Positions 34,108 to 47,522 of a stretch of 64,000 nucleotides of DNA are shown one piece after another (position 1 is the first letter of the stretch; every line of letters begins with the position of its first letter). Position numbers and translations under genes: made by a program. The notes below the pieces were generated by a model. The model was not told the origin of the DNA. It saw only the letters and a program-made list of their open reading frames with translations, and made no database searches. Source of the stretch: Fistulifera solaris (taxonomy: Eukaryota); assembly GCA_030295235.1 (NCBI GenBank), contig AP026126.1:1240001-1304000 (forward strand), written 5' to 3'.

Positions 34108-36336
34108 ATGGACCATCATCAACTATCTGAGAAAGGTAAGGAAGGTTTATCATTTGTGTATAAGGAGCATCATCGAAACCTTCGTTTGAAACTCGATTAC
34201 TAATACCTGTCGCACAGGAGAGTCGTATAAAGGAAGTAGGCAAGGACTTGCATCTGCTCCAGTCTCCAGTCTACTACCCCCAATTCCAAGCAGTATACCA
34301 GCGCCTAGTTTACAGGCCCAGCTACTAGCTTTTGTTGCTAACAAAGTATATGCAGCACCCACTCCTCGGTCGTCTGCAGAAGAGGCTGTAGCTAACCTTC
34401 TTACTGCAGCAACAGCTGGAGGTCTAACCGGAGGTAGCCAACCATTCCATTCCCTCACGCAAGCGCAACCAACGACAATACGCGACTGGACAGTCGAAAA
34501 ACTTGGTAAGTGGTCACCAACGAAGTGAAAGGCTGTTGCCTTTATCAATGACGCTGATCCTGATTATCTTTGTTTCAGAGAAACATGTCAAGTTACTCAC
34601 GCAATTGCAACAGCCAGTGCCACCGAATATCTCGATCATGCTTTCGGAGATGAAGCGTCGAGAAGAGAAGAAGCACGCGAAACGATTGGCGAATAGAAAG
34701 TCGGCTAGTACTTCCAGAGCTAGGAAGAAGGCGCTTGTTCAAGAAATGACAGAGCTCAATACTCGGCTGAAACGCCAAGCGCTTATCCTCTCTCTCTTAC
34801 CAGATCTTGTGATCGTTGTAAATCTTGATGGAGTAGTTACTTTTTGCAATGAGCAAGTTGAACGAGTTCTCAGTCATAAAGGTGCTGATTTGGTTGGTAC
34901 GAAGCTCGTAAATATTCTTGTGCCTTCGTCGAGACGGAGATTGGAAAACCTGATGAAGACGTTGTCAAAATCTATTCACCGCGAAGCAATTTCGGAGACT
35001 GCTCTTAATGAACGCAATGAAAGCACTAGACCGGGCCCTAATCTGAACTGTGCTGAAGAGGCAGGTGCGTCGCAGGAAGTTGCCGAAATATCATCTAGTG
35101 ACGTAGCAGCTTGTGCTGCAGGGCAGTCCATATTCCCATTATCTGTAGTCCAAGTTGCTACTCATCCGCAGGAAGGATCTTCATCTTCTGGTGGTGGATT
35201 GGATGAAAATGAGAATTCTGACGAAAGCGGTGGTAATGCGGAGGGAAAAGACAGCAAACAGGCATCGTCGTTGACAAATAGCGGAACGATATCGGGATCG
35301 TCATCGCTGCGGCCTCAATTGTCATCTTGCCTAGATAATAATGGTTTCGATAGTGTGTCTATGATGAAAGATAAGCCAGCTAGTGACTCTGCCATTGGTG
35401 CGAAGGTTAAGTCTTCCAAAGACTCAGCGAGCTGTGACATCTCTAATACGAGCTCCTTGTCGACCTTAAAAAAGTTACGAAATGCAAATGACAACTTGAT
35501 CATAAACGTACGGTGGCATAATCGAAATATCAAGGACAACAAGAAGGCAGGGACATTTAAAGACGACGTCACAGGAGATGATGTGACAGCGAACAATGCC
35601 TCTGCGAGACTTTCTTCCTTGCGGCATCATAGGGAGTCTTCATCTGAAGAAGATTCCGGTTACAGAGAGTCTAACGAGTCTCGAGAGGAAACATCATCCT
35701 CTACCAGTGATCTTTCGGATTCAAACGGTAAGTAGTTATGAAGCCTCAATGTGTGCCATAGTGTTACCATAGCTCACATCATAACTTCTAGGTCGACGCA
35801 AGCCTGTTGCGCCAACCTGCAACTTATGTCTCATCAGGGCAGACATGTCGACAATTCGATGCGAAGTGACTTCGTCTATACAATCCCGTTACGTAGACGA
35901 CGATCTCGATGACGACATGAAGTCAAAAAAAGCCTTTTCTGGGAGTGACACAGATACCGCCCATGAAATAAAGAGCGAATCTTCAGCGTCGAAGGAACCG
36001 ATCGTAGAGATCCTGCTCTGCATCCGACCCATTCGTGACGGGACCGTCCGTGTCGGTAAAAAGCAGGGAATGAAGAAGGTTCGTCTAGACCGTGAAGGTA
36101 CGGCAAAAACGGTCTCCGATTCTAATATGGGGGAAGGAACTAGTCAAGATACTAGTAATAGCTCACAGGAATCGTCTAGAAAGCAGTCGCATTCCCAAAA
36201 GAAGCGATTACTTGAAGAAGTTTCAACTGAGTCTGATCAGTTGGGGAAGAAAGGCAAGCTTTCGAGTGAACCAGAAGCTCCCAACAACGACGCCGTAGAG
36301 TCCCTCATGTCGATGTCTTGCACGAAAACATTGTAG
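34108..36336 (+). CDS. bZIP-PAS transcription factor, four exons
   Basis: KRLANRKSASTSRARKK basic region, then PAS start LPDLVIVVNLDGVVTFCNEQVERVL. GT-AG introns 34136-34217, 34506-34578 and 35728-35791. Confidence 0.88.
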
Positions 36337-36460
36337 GAGGTTTGTGCTGCTGATAATGTATAGTCTAGAGTTACTATCGATAAACACTCTAACATAGATG
36401 AGACTGAAGATGACAGTACTCTGCGCCAAGGATCTCCGGGAATGGTTCGCTTTGGTGGGT

Positions 36461-37987
36461 TCAACTAAAATCCCTGTTGGGGAATAGACGAGGGGCAATC
36501 AGCGTCCACACGTAAAGCGATAGAACGAGCCATTGCGAGGCAATTATCATCCACATGCTGATTCTCCCAGTCGAAGAGTCTACTATAGTTCCGTCGCCTG
36601 ATATTTCTCCCCAGCGTGTCAGGACCACACTTTTCCAGCATGTAACAGAAGCGAGCACAAAGTTTAGACGCCAAGAATTTGAGAATTTTCTTGGGTCTCC
36701 GTCGCCCTGTGTTGAGGTGCCTTCATCGTTGTTCTTCTCCGTCTCGTCGTCTCCCGTCACCACGCCCGTTACATTCCGTCGCTCTCCTTCTGATCCCGTG
36801 TTTCCAGTATTTTCGGGCAACTTATTCTTGTCGCCTCGACTAGTATTCCTATCAGGATTGAACTTATCTTCTGCCGTGTAAGACCATCCCGCCCAAGCTA
36901 AGCTGATGAAAGTGACAATCACACCAAGGAATATTGTCAATGTTTCGTCCTGTCCGAGATTGGGATTGCATGCTTCATTCGGGTTTCGTGCCACAGCACT
37001 GTAGCACAAAAAGCAAGACCATGCCATGAGGAGGCTGCTTGACAGTAAACTCCCTTCATCTCCCGACAACTGGGCGGCGTGGACCATGACCGATAGAATC
37101 AACGTCATCGCAATAAACGCGTTGTTGCTGGGACAGCCGGTAAATTCCATAAACATGTAAATCAACATCCCGAATGAAAACACATAATTGATGCCACACG
37201 CACAAAGAATAGCCCTTAGCCAATTTTTCCCAGTACCAGCTTGTTCGGCCTCCGCTTCGTTCGATTTGGTGACCCAACTGTCATTCCAATTGTACGCCAT
37301 ATCAAGAATGATAAGCTGTTGTGCAATGATGAAGATGACACCACCAACTGATTAAGTTGAGTTTATAACGTCAGATAAACTCGCAAGAACTTTGTGAGCA
37401 CCACACCATGCAACTTACTGCGTGCTACATTGAGAAAGATGGAAGCAAAGAGTGGTTCATTCGGAATGAAAGCGGAAATGAGAACCATGAATAGATAAAG
37501 AGTATATTTTGCAGGCCAAGCTTCTCGATTCGCGGTCGGCTTCAGAACTGCGGCAACACCAGCTAGGCAGAAGAATATGAAAGTAGCACATGATACTCGG
37601 AAATTCCCATTGTTGCCTACGCAAACTTTTTCAAGATCGGTGGATAGACCCTCACAACCGTCCAGCCAGGCATCGGTAAGCAGATTATTCGCGGTTGAAC
37701 TCACTATTTGGTCCGCTATACCATATTGGAAGGCTAATGACAAACCAATGGAAAGAATCAGTAGCGCTACCGATCGTTTGCGTCCTGAAGTTGCACTCGG
37801 AGGAACCGTGGATAGCTTATCATTTCCGCAGCAAGATGAAAACAGCGAAGAACAAGCTTGACAGAAGCACCACGAAACGGATGTGGTTAAACAAACAGCG
37901 ATAGTTGCCTAAGAAAAATAAAAATACATAAGGCTCGAATCCGTTGAATCAAGCAATGACGACAAGCAGAGCATTCGGTCTTACCAT
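36461..37987 (-). CDS. SERINC: Serine incorporator (SERINC/TDE1) family membrane protein
   Basis: CVGNNGNFRVS, IIAQQLIILDMAYNWNDSW, GSLLSSS and MWMIIASQWLVLSLYVWTLIAPRLFPNRDFS. Introns 37984-37909 and 37418-37348. Confidence 0.93.
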
Positions 37988-39373
37988 CGCTACAATCTGT
38001 CGTCACGAAAGTGATGAATGCCAATTTAGTGTATTCGAACAAGAAGTAATCGAAAGAAGGATATTATCAACAGAATTGCGCGAAATTAAATCATTGATTC
38101 ACCTTCAATCATCAATCGCATCACTTTTCATCATTCGTTCAAAATTTGTCCATCATGCAGTCACGCGAAGAAGCACGAATAAAACGTCGTCTTGGGTCTC
38201 GGAGCTAGGAGATTGGTGATTGACAAATTGAAAGGGTTAAGGTTAGATTTAAGCTGAGGTGGTTGTCGGATCTAATCCGTCGCCCACTTTGCCCCAAGTT
38301 TATCCAAAGGAGTATATTTACTTTTTTGGTTTATCTAAAGATAGCTGGTGAACCGCTTCTATTCGACGAATAGATTGAAGGCCCCGGGTTTTAGAAGATC
38401 AAACCTCTCACGATAGTTTTGGCACAATTAAAATCTAGAAGCCAAATCCTTGGTTTTTATGCGTCACCGTCTTGTAAAGGTGGTTACTCCGAAATCGGAA
38501 TTTTCTCAGCGCAAAAAATGCGGAGAATTCTCAAATTCTCATGCATTCCCAACTCCCTTCAAATCCCTAAGAGGAAAGAATGTATCTTGACACCGTCACA
38601 TAAGACTGGTATATAGGTAAAACAGTGGATATCACCCGAAGCGAATGATACATGTTCTCTTCTAGCTTAGAGTTTGGGGCACGTGTGAATGGTGATGTCT
38701 GTCGCTGTGACACTGTGACACCGCCATCAAGGTCTGATTGCTCGACTGTTTTGTTTGCCGTTAGTGCAAGTATTTCCACACATAGATGGATAGTCCAATG
38801 AGATCGCTGACGGCATGCGGCTGGGTGAACCTATGGTAACCTTTTTACGTGGAGTTACTCGTGTCGATCCTACACATTCCCGCATAGAAAACCGTATTCA
38901 TTTGTCGTCTGGTAAAGGCGATCTGAGCAAGAACTGGGCATAAAACCGCAAAAGCGAGACTACCTGGTACTTAGTGTTTGTAGCTTGTACCAGGCATTTG
39001 CTCGAAACTCTCAAAAGAATTGCGGCTCACTGCTTGTCTGCAAATCGTTATCTTTTGTTCTTTGTTGTTTCTATTTGAACGAAGTGACTCTTTTGGATAT
39101 CGTTTTGCTTTGTCTGTGGTCAAGGGCGCCGTTGCCGCAGTCAAAGATCTTGAGCTCCTATTCCGAGAACAACGCCAAAAGATCGCCTTGTTCGATCCGT
39201 TAACCTGTCTATATCGTGGCATATCAACTAACTTCTGCGCGTGCTCTTCAAATATCACCCCGATCAGGGTGATACGTTTTACAACGAAGGCATAGCCGCT
39301 TCTAATTGATCAGAAGTCCCGATCGTGCGTCATACACGTTTCTAATCTTCCGGATACGATCACATCTGGCACG

Positions 39374-41640
39374 ATGGTGAGCATGGATCAACGCGAAGCT
39401 TCACAAAGAGGAACGGACATCAAAATTTACGTTCGCGATGTTCGTGACCCTGAACAGAAAAAACGAGCCCTGACTGTTCGCTCGTGGTCTACAATCAAGG
39501 ACGTAAAAGACGTTTTAAAAGATTTGATCCACGTCCCACCCAGTGCGCAACGTCTTTATTACGGGCCTTTGCTTACTTCGAAAGGAGAATTACCAAATCA
39601 TCGAAGTCTTAACGATGCTGGAATCTACCGATCAGGAGAGACTCTCTTGCTCGACATCAAACAGAGCCATTCAACTGCGACAACACATTATTCTTCGATC
39701 GTTTCATTGCATCAATCCAACGATATTTGTGTTTCTTCTTCGGTATTTGACATCACACCGAAACCTTTGCGGGCCTTAGTTCAGAAAGCCCGCCGTGCCT
39801 TCACAATCGGTTTGAAGCCAGAATTCATCATGGATGGTTCTGGTGGATCGTACTTTATTCACGATGCCCGCAAGAGTCGCCTTGCAGTTTTCAAGCCAGC
39901 TGACGAAGAGCCTTACGCGGAAAATAACCCCCGCAGGTACATTCAACAAGGCAATCAACAACTCTCGCTACGTGATGGGATTGTTCCTGGAGAGTCTTGC
40001 CTTCGCGAGGTCGCAGCTTATCTTCTGGATCACGATCATTTTAGTTCGGTTCCTATGACTACCCTGGTGGAAGCACGTCATCCTGCATTTAATACAAACG
40101 GGGCCAGATTAACAGTCGCCGAAGGAGGCGCTAGTGTTGGGAGACATTCTTTGAGTCCTAATGCAAGTGTCAGCTCACCAACGATGAAAAAAAGCTGGTT
40201 CATTTCAAGAGTTCGTTCGTTGCGAGTGCACAATGGATGATATCAGTCCAAGCATGATCTCTGTCGAAGAAGTTCACAAAATTGCGATTCTCGACATACG
40301 AATCATGAACGCGGATCGAAACGCAGCCAATCTTTTGATACGTCGACGAGTGGATAATTCCTTGGAGCTCGTTCCCATCGATCATGGATACTGCTTGCGG
40401 TCTGTTGGCGATGTGTCGTGGATGGACTGGTGCTGGCTGGACTGGCCTCAACTTAAGAAGGTAAGTCTCAATGTTGGCTGGAATCAATGTGGTACTACTA
40501 TCTTCGCTAACGTTTTTGTGTTGCAGCCTTTGAGTGATCGCCATAAAAAGTACATTGCCGCGTTGGACATTGAGAAGGACGCCGAAATGCTTCGTAGTAG
40601 ACTTGGTATTGGTCAAGAAGCAATCGATTACTTTCGCGCATCGACTGCCTTGCTCAAAGCAGGCGTAAATGCAGGTCTTAATCTGTATGAAATCGCGATC
40701 TTATGTTGCCGCAACGACAACCTTGCTGAGATACCATCCATGATGGAGAAATTATTCTCCATGGCTTCTGACTTGGCACACAAGGCAGTTGAGAATGAGC
40801 GATGGCACCATGCTGCTGCTTCGTTGGCTATTGAAGAAAAGTTGACTTTACGTCGTTCTACGATGGCGGCATCGCAGCTGCGTCTAGAATCTTCTGGCTA
40901 TAAGATTCGCAAGTCCGCATCTTCGCTCGGCTTCCATTCTCTTGAGTCGGCATCTGGTGGGTCTTTTTTACGAAAGCGACGGCCTCAATGGCCGTGATTC
41001 GCCAGGAATGGTTCAGTCATCGGCGTCGGACTCAAGCTCCGATGGGGATGTAGCTGAGCAAGAAGAATGTGAAGAGTGGGCTATGAATGCCATTGCAGAT
41101 GCTACAGCTGGGAACCTTGTGGAAACTTATCAGGGTCGCCCCGAGCGTTCGTGTTCGGTTGCTTCGGACGATTGTTCGAACGGTTCGCGGGAAGGCTTTT
41201 GGACTGTGGCGCCTGGAAGTGTCGTCGTTCCTACTGAACCATCCGATGACGGTTCGTTCACTTGGAGCCCACACCCCTCTCCGCGAACAGATAGTGTACA
41301 GGTTTTGTCACCCCCGTCAAGCCCGAAATCATTGAAAGTTAGCTTTACGACGAAACTTCCTTCCGGTCCGTTCATTCCTCCTTCGACTGTGGCGGTGTCT
41401 AAAGATTCTTTCGAACTTGATAATCCCTACTTACTTCGCTCCGAAAGTGGCATGACAAGAAGCAAGAGTTATTCGTCGATTCCTCGGGAGTCATCCTCCT
41501 ACAGTGGTGCTTCGCGTGATAGCCGTACGCTGAAGCCTTATTCGGAAGCTTACGAGAATTATCGCAAGTATTTTCACAAGTTCATTGACCTTGTCATTGT
41601 TCGTGAAACTACTACTGCAGCTTTACAATCCAAAAACTGA
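39374..41640 (+). CDS. Type II phosphatidylinositol 4-kinase gamma-like, with N-terminal ubiquitin-like domain
   Basis: Ubl ([17 protein letters not shown]), [43 protein letters not shown] and PIDHGYCL. Intron 40461-40526 and two frameshifts. Confidence 0.92.
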
Positions 41641-41773
41641 TCACTGCATTGAACATTTCATCATTATCTATTGTACAGGTGCCCCCGAGTGCCATTCCAT
41701 ACAATTCTACTTGCTTCATTAACACCCAATGAAAATAACATAAAAATGTATTTCTAATTTAATCATTATCCTT

Positions 41774-42553
41774 TTAGTCCAATAACTTCGACAAACGCAA
41801 AAGCGACATTGCGACTGTGGCTGTCCACTTGATTTCAAGAAACTTGCCTGCCAGGACAGCCGACTGAAGATCGTTAAGGCTAATAGTCGTCAGATCTTGG
41901 TATTCTGTATCAGGCGCGCCCACTTCATTTTCTTTTCCAGATCCTTCTTCGATGAATACTCCTGGCTTGCAGTCTAAGGCCAAGTAGGTAAACGTCCATC
42001 CAGCCCCACGGTTCACGTCGGCTCGAAATCGTCCGAGGAGATGGAAATTGTCGCAAATGACGTGCATTTCCTCACTTACTTCTCGTCGCGCCGCAGTTTC
42101 CGGGTTTTCGTTCGGCTCAACGATACCTCCCACGACGGCTAGTGATAAGCGATCTTCTAGGGCGTACTTTGTCTGCTCAAAAACATAAAAATGTGGTTCT
42201 GTCCATGATTCTTGGTGGGGGGCCTGAACGAGAACATTAATCTGGTCGTGATAGTCCATAAAGAGCCAATCGGGAATGATCGAACCTTCGATTTGCACAG
42301 CATGCTGTTGTATTTTCATAAACTTGCTTTCTATTAAGCACTTCGGTGTTCCTCTCGTAGAAGATGATCTGTATTCTATACCCCCATAATGTCCTAATGA
42401 AATGTCGCATTTAGTCAACGAGTCCCAAGAAGACGTTATATTCGAGTAAAGAGTCGACACGAAGATGCCGAGTACAAAGCAACCGACCATTGCTGCATGA
42501 TTCAACTTGTATTCTCTCCAAATCATTGCTTTGGACCCATCGTCGGAGCCCAT
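41774..42553 (-). CDS. Membrane-anchored Nudix hydrolase
   Basis: Nudix box GGIVEPNENPETAARREVSEEM and an N-terminal hydrophobic segment. Start uncertain. Confidence 0.8.
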   Translation of the reverse strand: MGSDDGSKAMIWREYKLNHAAMVGCFVLGIFVSTLYSNITSSWDSLTKCDISLGHYGGIEYRSSSTRGTPKCLIESKFMKIQQHAVQIEGSIIPDWLFMDYHDQINVLVQAPHQESWTEPHFYVFEQTKYALEDRLSLAVVGGIVEPNENPETAARREVSEEMHVICDNFHLLGRFRADVNRGAGWTFTYLALDCKPGVFIEEGSGKENEVGAPDTEYQDLTTISLNDLQSAVLAGKFLEIKWTATVAMSLLRLSKLLD

Positions 42554-42939
42554 GGTCGTTCCACAATTTGTTGCACCTTGCAAAAGGGCGACGAGGAAAA
42601 AAATTCATCTGGTCATCGTCAAAATAAAATAGTAATTTTAAGTAAATAAATTTGCACAGGCCAAGCAGGAACGACCATACTACGATGACAGCACCGCTTC
42701 CCGTCTGCTCAGCGAAGTTAATCATCGTCAGGCCCGGTTAGTACTACGGTGGGGGACCACGTTGGAATCCCGGGTGTTGTTCTTTGATTTTCCAAATCAA
42801 GCGTCTGCACGTCGGCAATCATTTTTGCGTATGTCACGTCATTTGGAGGATGGCGGTTTCCAGTTCTAAGGTTTCCCATTTTGCACGAATTCATTCTAGA
42901 GAACTCACCCATATTCATATCCGAGCGTTATAACAAAGG

Positions 42940-44740
42940 ATGCGGCTCACATTCTGCGTCTACGCCGCTTTGGCTTTATCGTCGGAAGCATGGATGAGTC
43001 CATCATCCTTGCGTCAGACTTCCTTCCTTCAGCCCATGACGCAATCAACCCGTCCCATCCCCACCAGCTCAACTTCGTTACACATGATGTTTGATCAGCT
43101 CTCGTCAGCCATTTCCGAGGTCGCGAAAATTTCGGCCCCAAACGGCGGATTTCGGAGAAGTCGATCCAATCGGCTCTACGACAAGTCAGAAGGGCTTTAC
43201 TTGATGCCGATGTGAACGTAGACGTGGCAGATACACTGGTAGAAGGTGTGCGGGCGAGAAGTTTGGGAAGTGAGATTTTGGACGGTGTCACTGCGGATCA
43301 ACAGTTCATCAAAGCTGTAAGTGGGTAGTACGGGTACCGGTACCTTTATTTGTTTGGTTGTGTTTGTTTGCTTGAAATTTTTGCTGATGATACACGTGCA
43401 GATGTACGACGAACTCTTGGATCTGATGGGAGGCGATTCCACTCTTTCTCCTCTAGCGTCCCAGCAAGCGAAATCGGTTCCCGCCGCGACGTTAGCTGTT
43501 GGTACGCCGGAAAATCCAGCTGTCATTCTGCTCGCCGGTTTGCAGGGTGCGGGAAAGACGACGGCTGGGGCGAAACTTGCTTTGTACTTGAAAGAAAGGG
43601 AAGTTAACTATGATATGGTGGATAAGGATCTCGATTCGGCAAAAATGCTAGCAAGTCGTCTCCCAACTCGAAATCGGAACGTTTTATTGGTGGCTGCGGA
43701 TGTCTATCGACCAGCTGCAATTCAGCAGCTTGAAATTCTCGGAAAAAGCATCGGAATCGAAGTATTTAGTAAGGGTACGGAAGCTGACCCTGTGGATATC
43801 GTCACTGAAGCTATTGCGAAGGCGAAAGCAGAGGGCTTTGATACTGTCATCGTTGATACTGCGGGTCGACAAGTAATTGATGTCGACCTTATGAATGAAC
43901 TCAAAAACATCAAAAAAGTGTCGAATCCCTCAGAAACTTTGCTGATCGTTGATGCGATGACGGGACAAGAAGCAGCTTCGCTCACAGCCGCTTTCAATGA
44001 TGCCGTCGGGCTTACGGGTGCCATTCTCACGAAAATGGACGGTGACTCGAGAGGTGGTGCAGCCGTGTCGGTGCGCGGCGTTAGTGGCAAACCCATCAAA
44101 TTTATTGGTATAGGAGAAAAGGTAGCAGATCTGGAACCGTTTTATCCCGACCGCATGGCGAGCAGGATTCTAGGTATGGGAGATGTGATCAGTCTAGTTG
44201 AAAAGGCAGCGGCACAGGTCTCGGATGAAGACGCACTCAAGATGCAAAAGAAAATGAGGGAAGCAACTTTTGATTTTGATGATTTTACGAAGCAGTCCGA
44301 GCTTGTCTCCAAAATGGGAAACTTGGCTGGCATTGCCAAGATGATGCCCGGTGTAGGAAACCAGCTCAACATGAACCAAATCCGCGATGTCGAAGCGCGT
44401 TTAAAGAAAAAACAAAGCCATGATCAATAGTATGACCAAGAAAGAACGAATGAGCCCGGAGTTGCTGATCACAGATAGTACTGCCCGGTCCCGATTGATG
44501 CGTATCACCAAAGGCTCGGGTTGTCGCTTTGAAGAAGGGCTTCAATTTATGAGCGAATTCCAGAAGATGCGAACGATGATGAGTCGCATGCAAAAATCGA
44601 TGGGATCAGCGATGGATCCGTCTCTTGCCGGAAGCGATGGCGAAATGATGCCCGCTATGGCTCAAGGCAATCGGGCAATGAGAAGGGCATCTAAGAAGAA
44701 GACTAACACGGGACGCGGAGGGGGGAGTGGTTTCGGATAA
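42940..44740 (+). CDS. ffh: Plastid signal recognition particle 54 kDa subunit (cpSRP54/Ffh)
   Basis: Bipartite leader (SSEA-W), VRRALLDADVN, GLQGAGKTT, DTAGR, TKMDGDSRGGAA, FYPDRMASRILGMGD and INSMTKKER. Intron 43317-43401 and two frameshifts. Confidence 0.96.
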
Positions 44741-45108
44741 CGTATAGTTTTCTTGATAAAAAAATTATCCGTCCTTTGTGATCGATTTGTAAGCTACGCT
44801 CATGTATACTCCGGAGTATTGTTTATGTGGTTTGGTAAGTGTAGTTGAAGTAATGATCGACCCTAAATCAATGCTGGTGCGACATAATTTTCTCAGTCCG
44901 CCGCAGCACGACAATGAAGATCGACCTCTTCTAAGACCTAGAAGAAAAGCCGACCTTGTATTAGTTGCCTCGTTTTCATCAAGCATCTACACCTCGTAAT
45001 CGCCATACAATCACTAGGTGAGACTATAAGGTATTTGAATTGCCCCTCCAGGCGATCGATCGGTTCTATTTTGGTAAAGATCTCGCGTAAGAACGTATCG
45101 GCGTGACA

Positions 45109-47401
45109 ATGGCCCGAACGAGCAAAGGAAGCACTCCTGCAGCTGCAAACGTGCAAGCTCTTGATAATCTGAACTTGGATGACATGTTCGATGAAGGAGG
45201 AGATGACCTCTTCGACGGCCTTGACATTGATCTGGGAAACATGGATGACATCACGGGGAGCGGTGGCCGATTGACTGCCGATTCGATAGCAGAACCGTTG
45301 CCTATACCCGGCGAAGAGCCTGCATCACCGGAAGGCTCTTCTCCTCAGCCACGAAAAACCAAGAGAAAACCGAAAGCCCCATTGATGTACGAAGACAATG
45401 ATGATGATCTCGCAGCAGAACCGCCAAAGAAGAAGAGAAAAGGAGCAAAGTCAGCGACGAAAGGAAAAACAGACGGTATCGCAATGAATGACAATTCAAT
45501 AAGAAGTAGTCAAGTCGGTACAAAAGTAAAAAAGGGAAAGGGATCATCATCTGCTCCAGGGGCGACGGTACGAACTGGTTCCGCGGAGAGCACAGTGGCA
45601 GCGGCTGGACAATTTGGAAGGCGGACAGGGTCTTTTACGCTGCCCAAGGTAAAGTCAAAACCACCCGCTCGCCCCGATCCAAAGTCAAAATGTCTTCGCC
45701 ATCCCATGGCGGGGTGCAAGATACGGCAAATGTTGCTTCCGCAACTCTTTCGGCTCTTAGACAAGTATTAGCTTCTCATCCCGCCTTGAAGCCAAACACA
45801 TCCTGTGGTCTGTCACCAAGCAGCACCGTATTTTATCCTTTTCTGCCATCGTTACCATCCGAACTTGCTATGAAAAGCCGAAAGGTGTATGTTTTCTTGG
45901 AAAAGATACAGTCTGCTTTTGTCAGCATGCATGGTAAAGGCTCCACGGATACCGTTAATGCAGCTCTTGAATCGGACGCTATTTTCAAACTGGTTCAGGA
46001 AGCCTTCCGGGAACCGGCTCAATCTTCTGATGCTGCTACCATGGACACTACTTCAGGTCGAGCCGACATAGTCGGGAATGCTATCGGGGCGATTAGACAA
46101 ACTGTTGCTAGCTTTGATAAGACGAAATTTGCGGGCGACTTGTATGCCATGTGTGAATTACTGAAGCGACAACATGATTTTTTGAAACAAAACTTGGACA
46201 ATATGGAGAAATGGTGCAAAAACAATTTTGCTAAAGAAGACTATGCGTCAGTGTATCTTCCTCCTAAGTCAAAGAAGCGAAAAGCTAGTGAAATATCTGA
46301 TGAAACGATTCTGAGAAGTTTCAAAAGAGACTCCTCAAGGTCCGCGTCACATGCGTAGGATTCAGAGAATCCAAAACCACGACGCTACAAGCTGTGTTAC
46401 CTATACAATTTGGGCCAGTCGGTCAAGAAGCCCCTACGAATACATCATCTCCAAAGTCAAAGAAGAAGAAAGCAGCGAATGAGACGACTAAGCCAGTGAA
46501 AAGTGGGTCCGGCTTGCCTGTTGTCAACGAAAAGACACTCCCTTACGCAGACTGCAAGCCATTGAAACGGCGTAAGTTAGTTGCCGATATTTTGTCTTGT
46601 ACTGCCCGCGAACTTGAGATGCGATTCCAGCGGCGCATTGACGATCGCGATCAACTAGTCCGACGCCAAGAGACAGAATTGAAAAAAGTAGTTGATGAGG
46701 ACGAAATTCCTATTGTCCACAGTGCAGGCATGTGGCGTTGGGTGGAAAAATCTGGATTATTTGCGCCTTTTACTCATAAGGACGTCGTGGATCGACTGAG
46801 TGTACTAACTCAACAACCGCTTTCTTCTGAGAAATCGTCACAACGTACCCCGTTGTCGGAGAGAAGTGATATAAAGATCCAATCGTCCATGGATAGGCTC
46901 AGTTCACTTCTAGTCGAAGAAAATATCTCTGATGATGAAGGCAACGACTTCGAACCGGAATATTCGTCGGATGACGAGTTTACAAACAACGAACCCTCGC
47001 TTGACATTTCATCTCTCTCATTTGCAGAACGATCATTGATACATCTTGAAATGCTGGGGTTGAGAGCGACTTCTGGATCCCTGTCAACTCGAACGCACTT
47101 TCTGTCACCCGATGCTGAATGTGATAATTTGAAGGGAGAACCTGATTGCGACGTAGAAAGCGTTATTCTTCAAATGACCGCAGATCTAAATAATTTGGAA
47201 TCTATGAATGTCAGGCGTGCCGCCTTTTTGGAATCACTCGCACTCTCCGCAGATAATTTGTCAGAAGGAATGAAGAGAAGAAGAGACGAGGAAGCAGCGA
47301 TGATTACAAAATGTCAGCAACTGTTAAAGAAGAATCGCGAACATAAGTTAAAGCCAGCAAAAGCAAAGGCCGCACAAGATGACCTTGCACTTCCCTGGTA
47401 A
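45109..47401 (+). CDS. Hypothetical lysine-rich nuclear protein, possibly with an Ada3-like C-terminal region
   Basis: Three consecutive plus-strand ORFs joined by frameshifts, with several NLS-like clusters (PPKKKRK, KSKKRK). Family call is weak. Confidence 0.55.
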
Positions 47402-47522
47402 CGCTTTGTAGACTCGGTTATACAGCGTCAGCTGAGGCTCTTGCTAAGAAGCCAACTCAAATCGAGTAAAGGGCAGCTTAAGTTTTGTCTATACTTAGAA
47501 GGTGCTATCAGTATGTAAATTA

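Noticed and set aside
38230..38250. AGGGTTAAGGTTAG as an interstitial telomere
   Set aside because: Only about two imperfect units.
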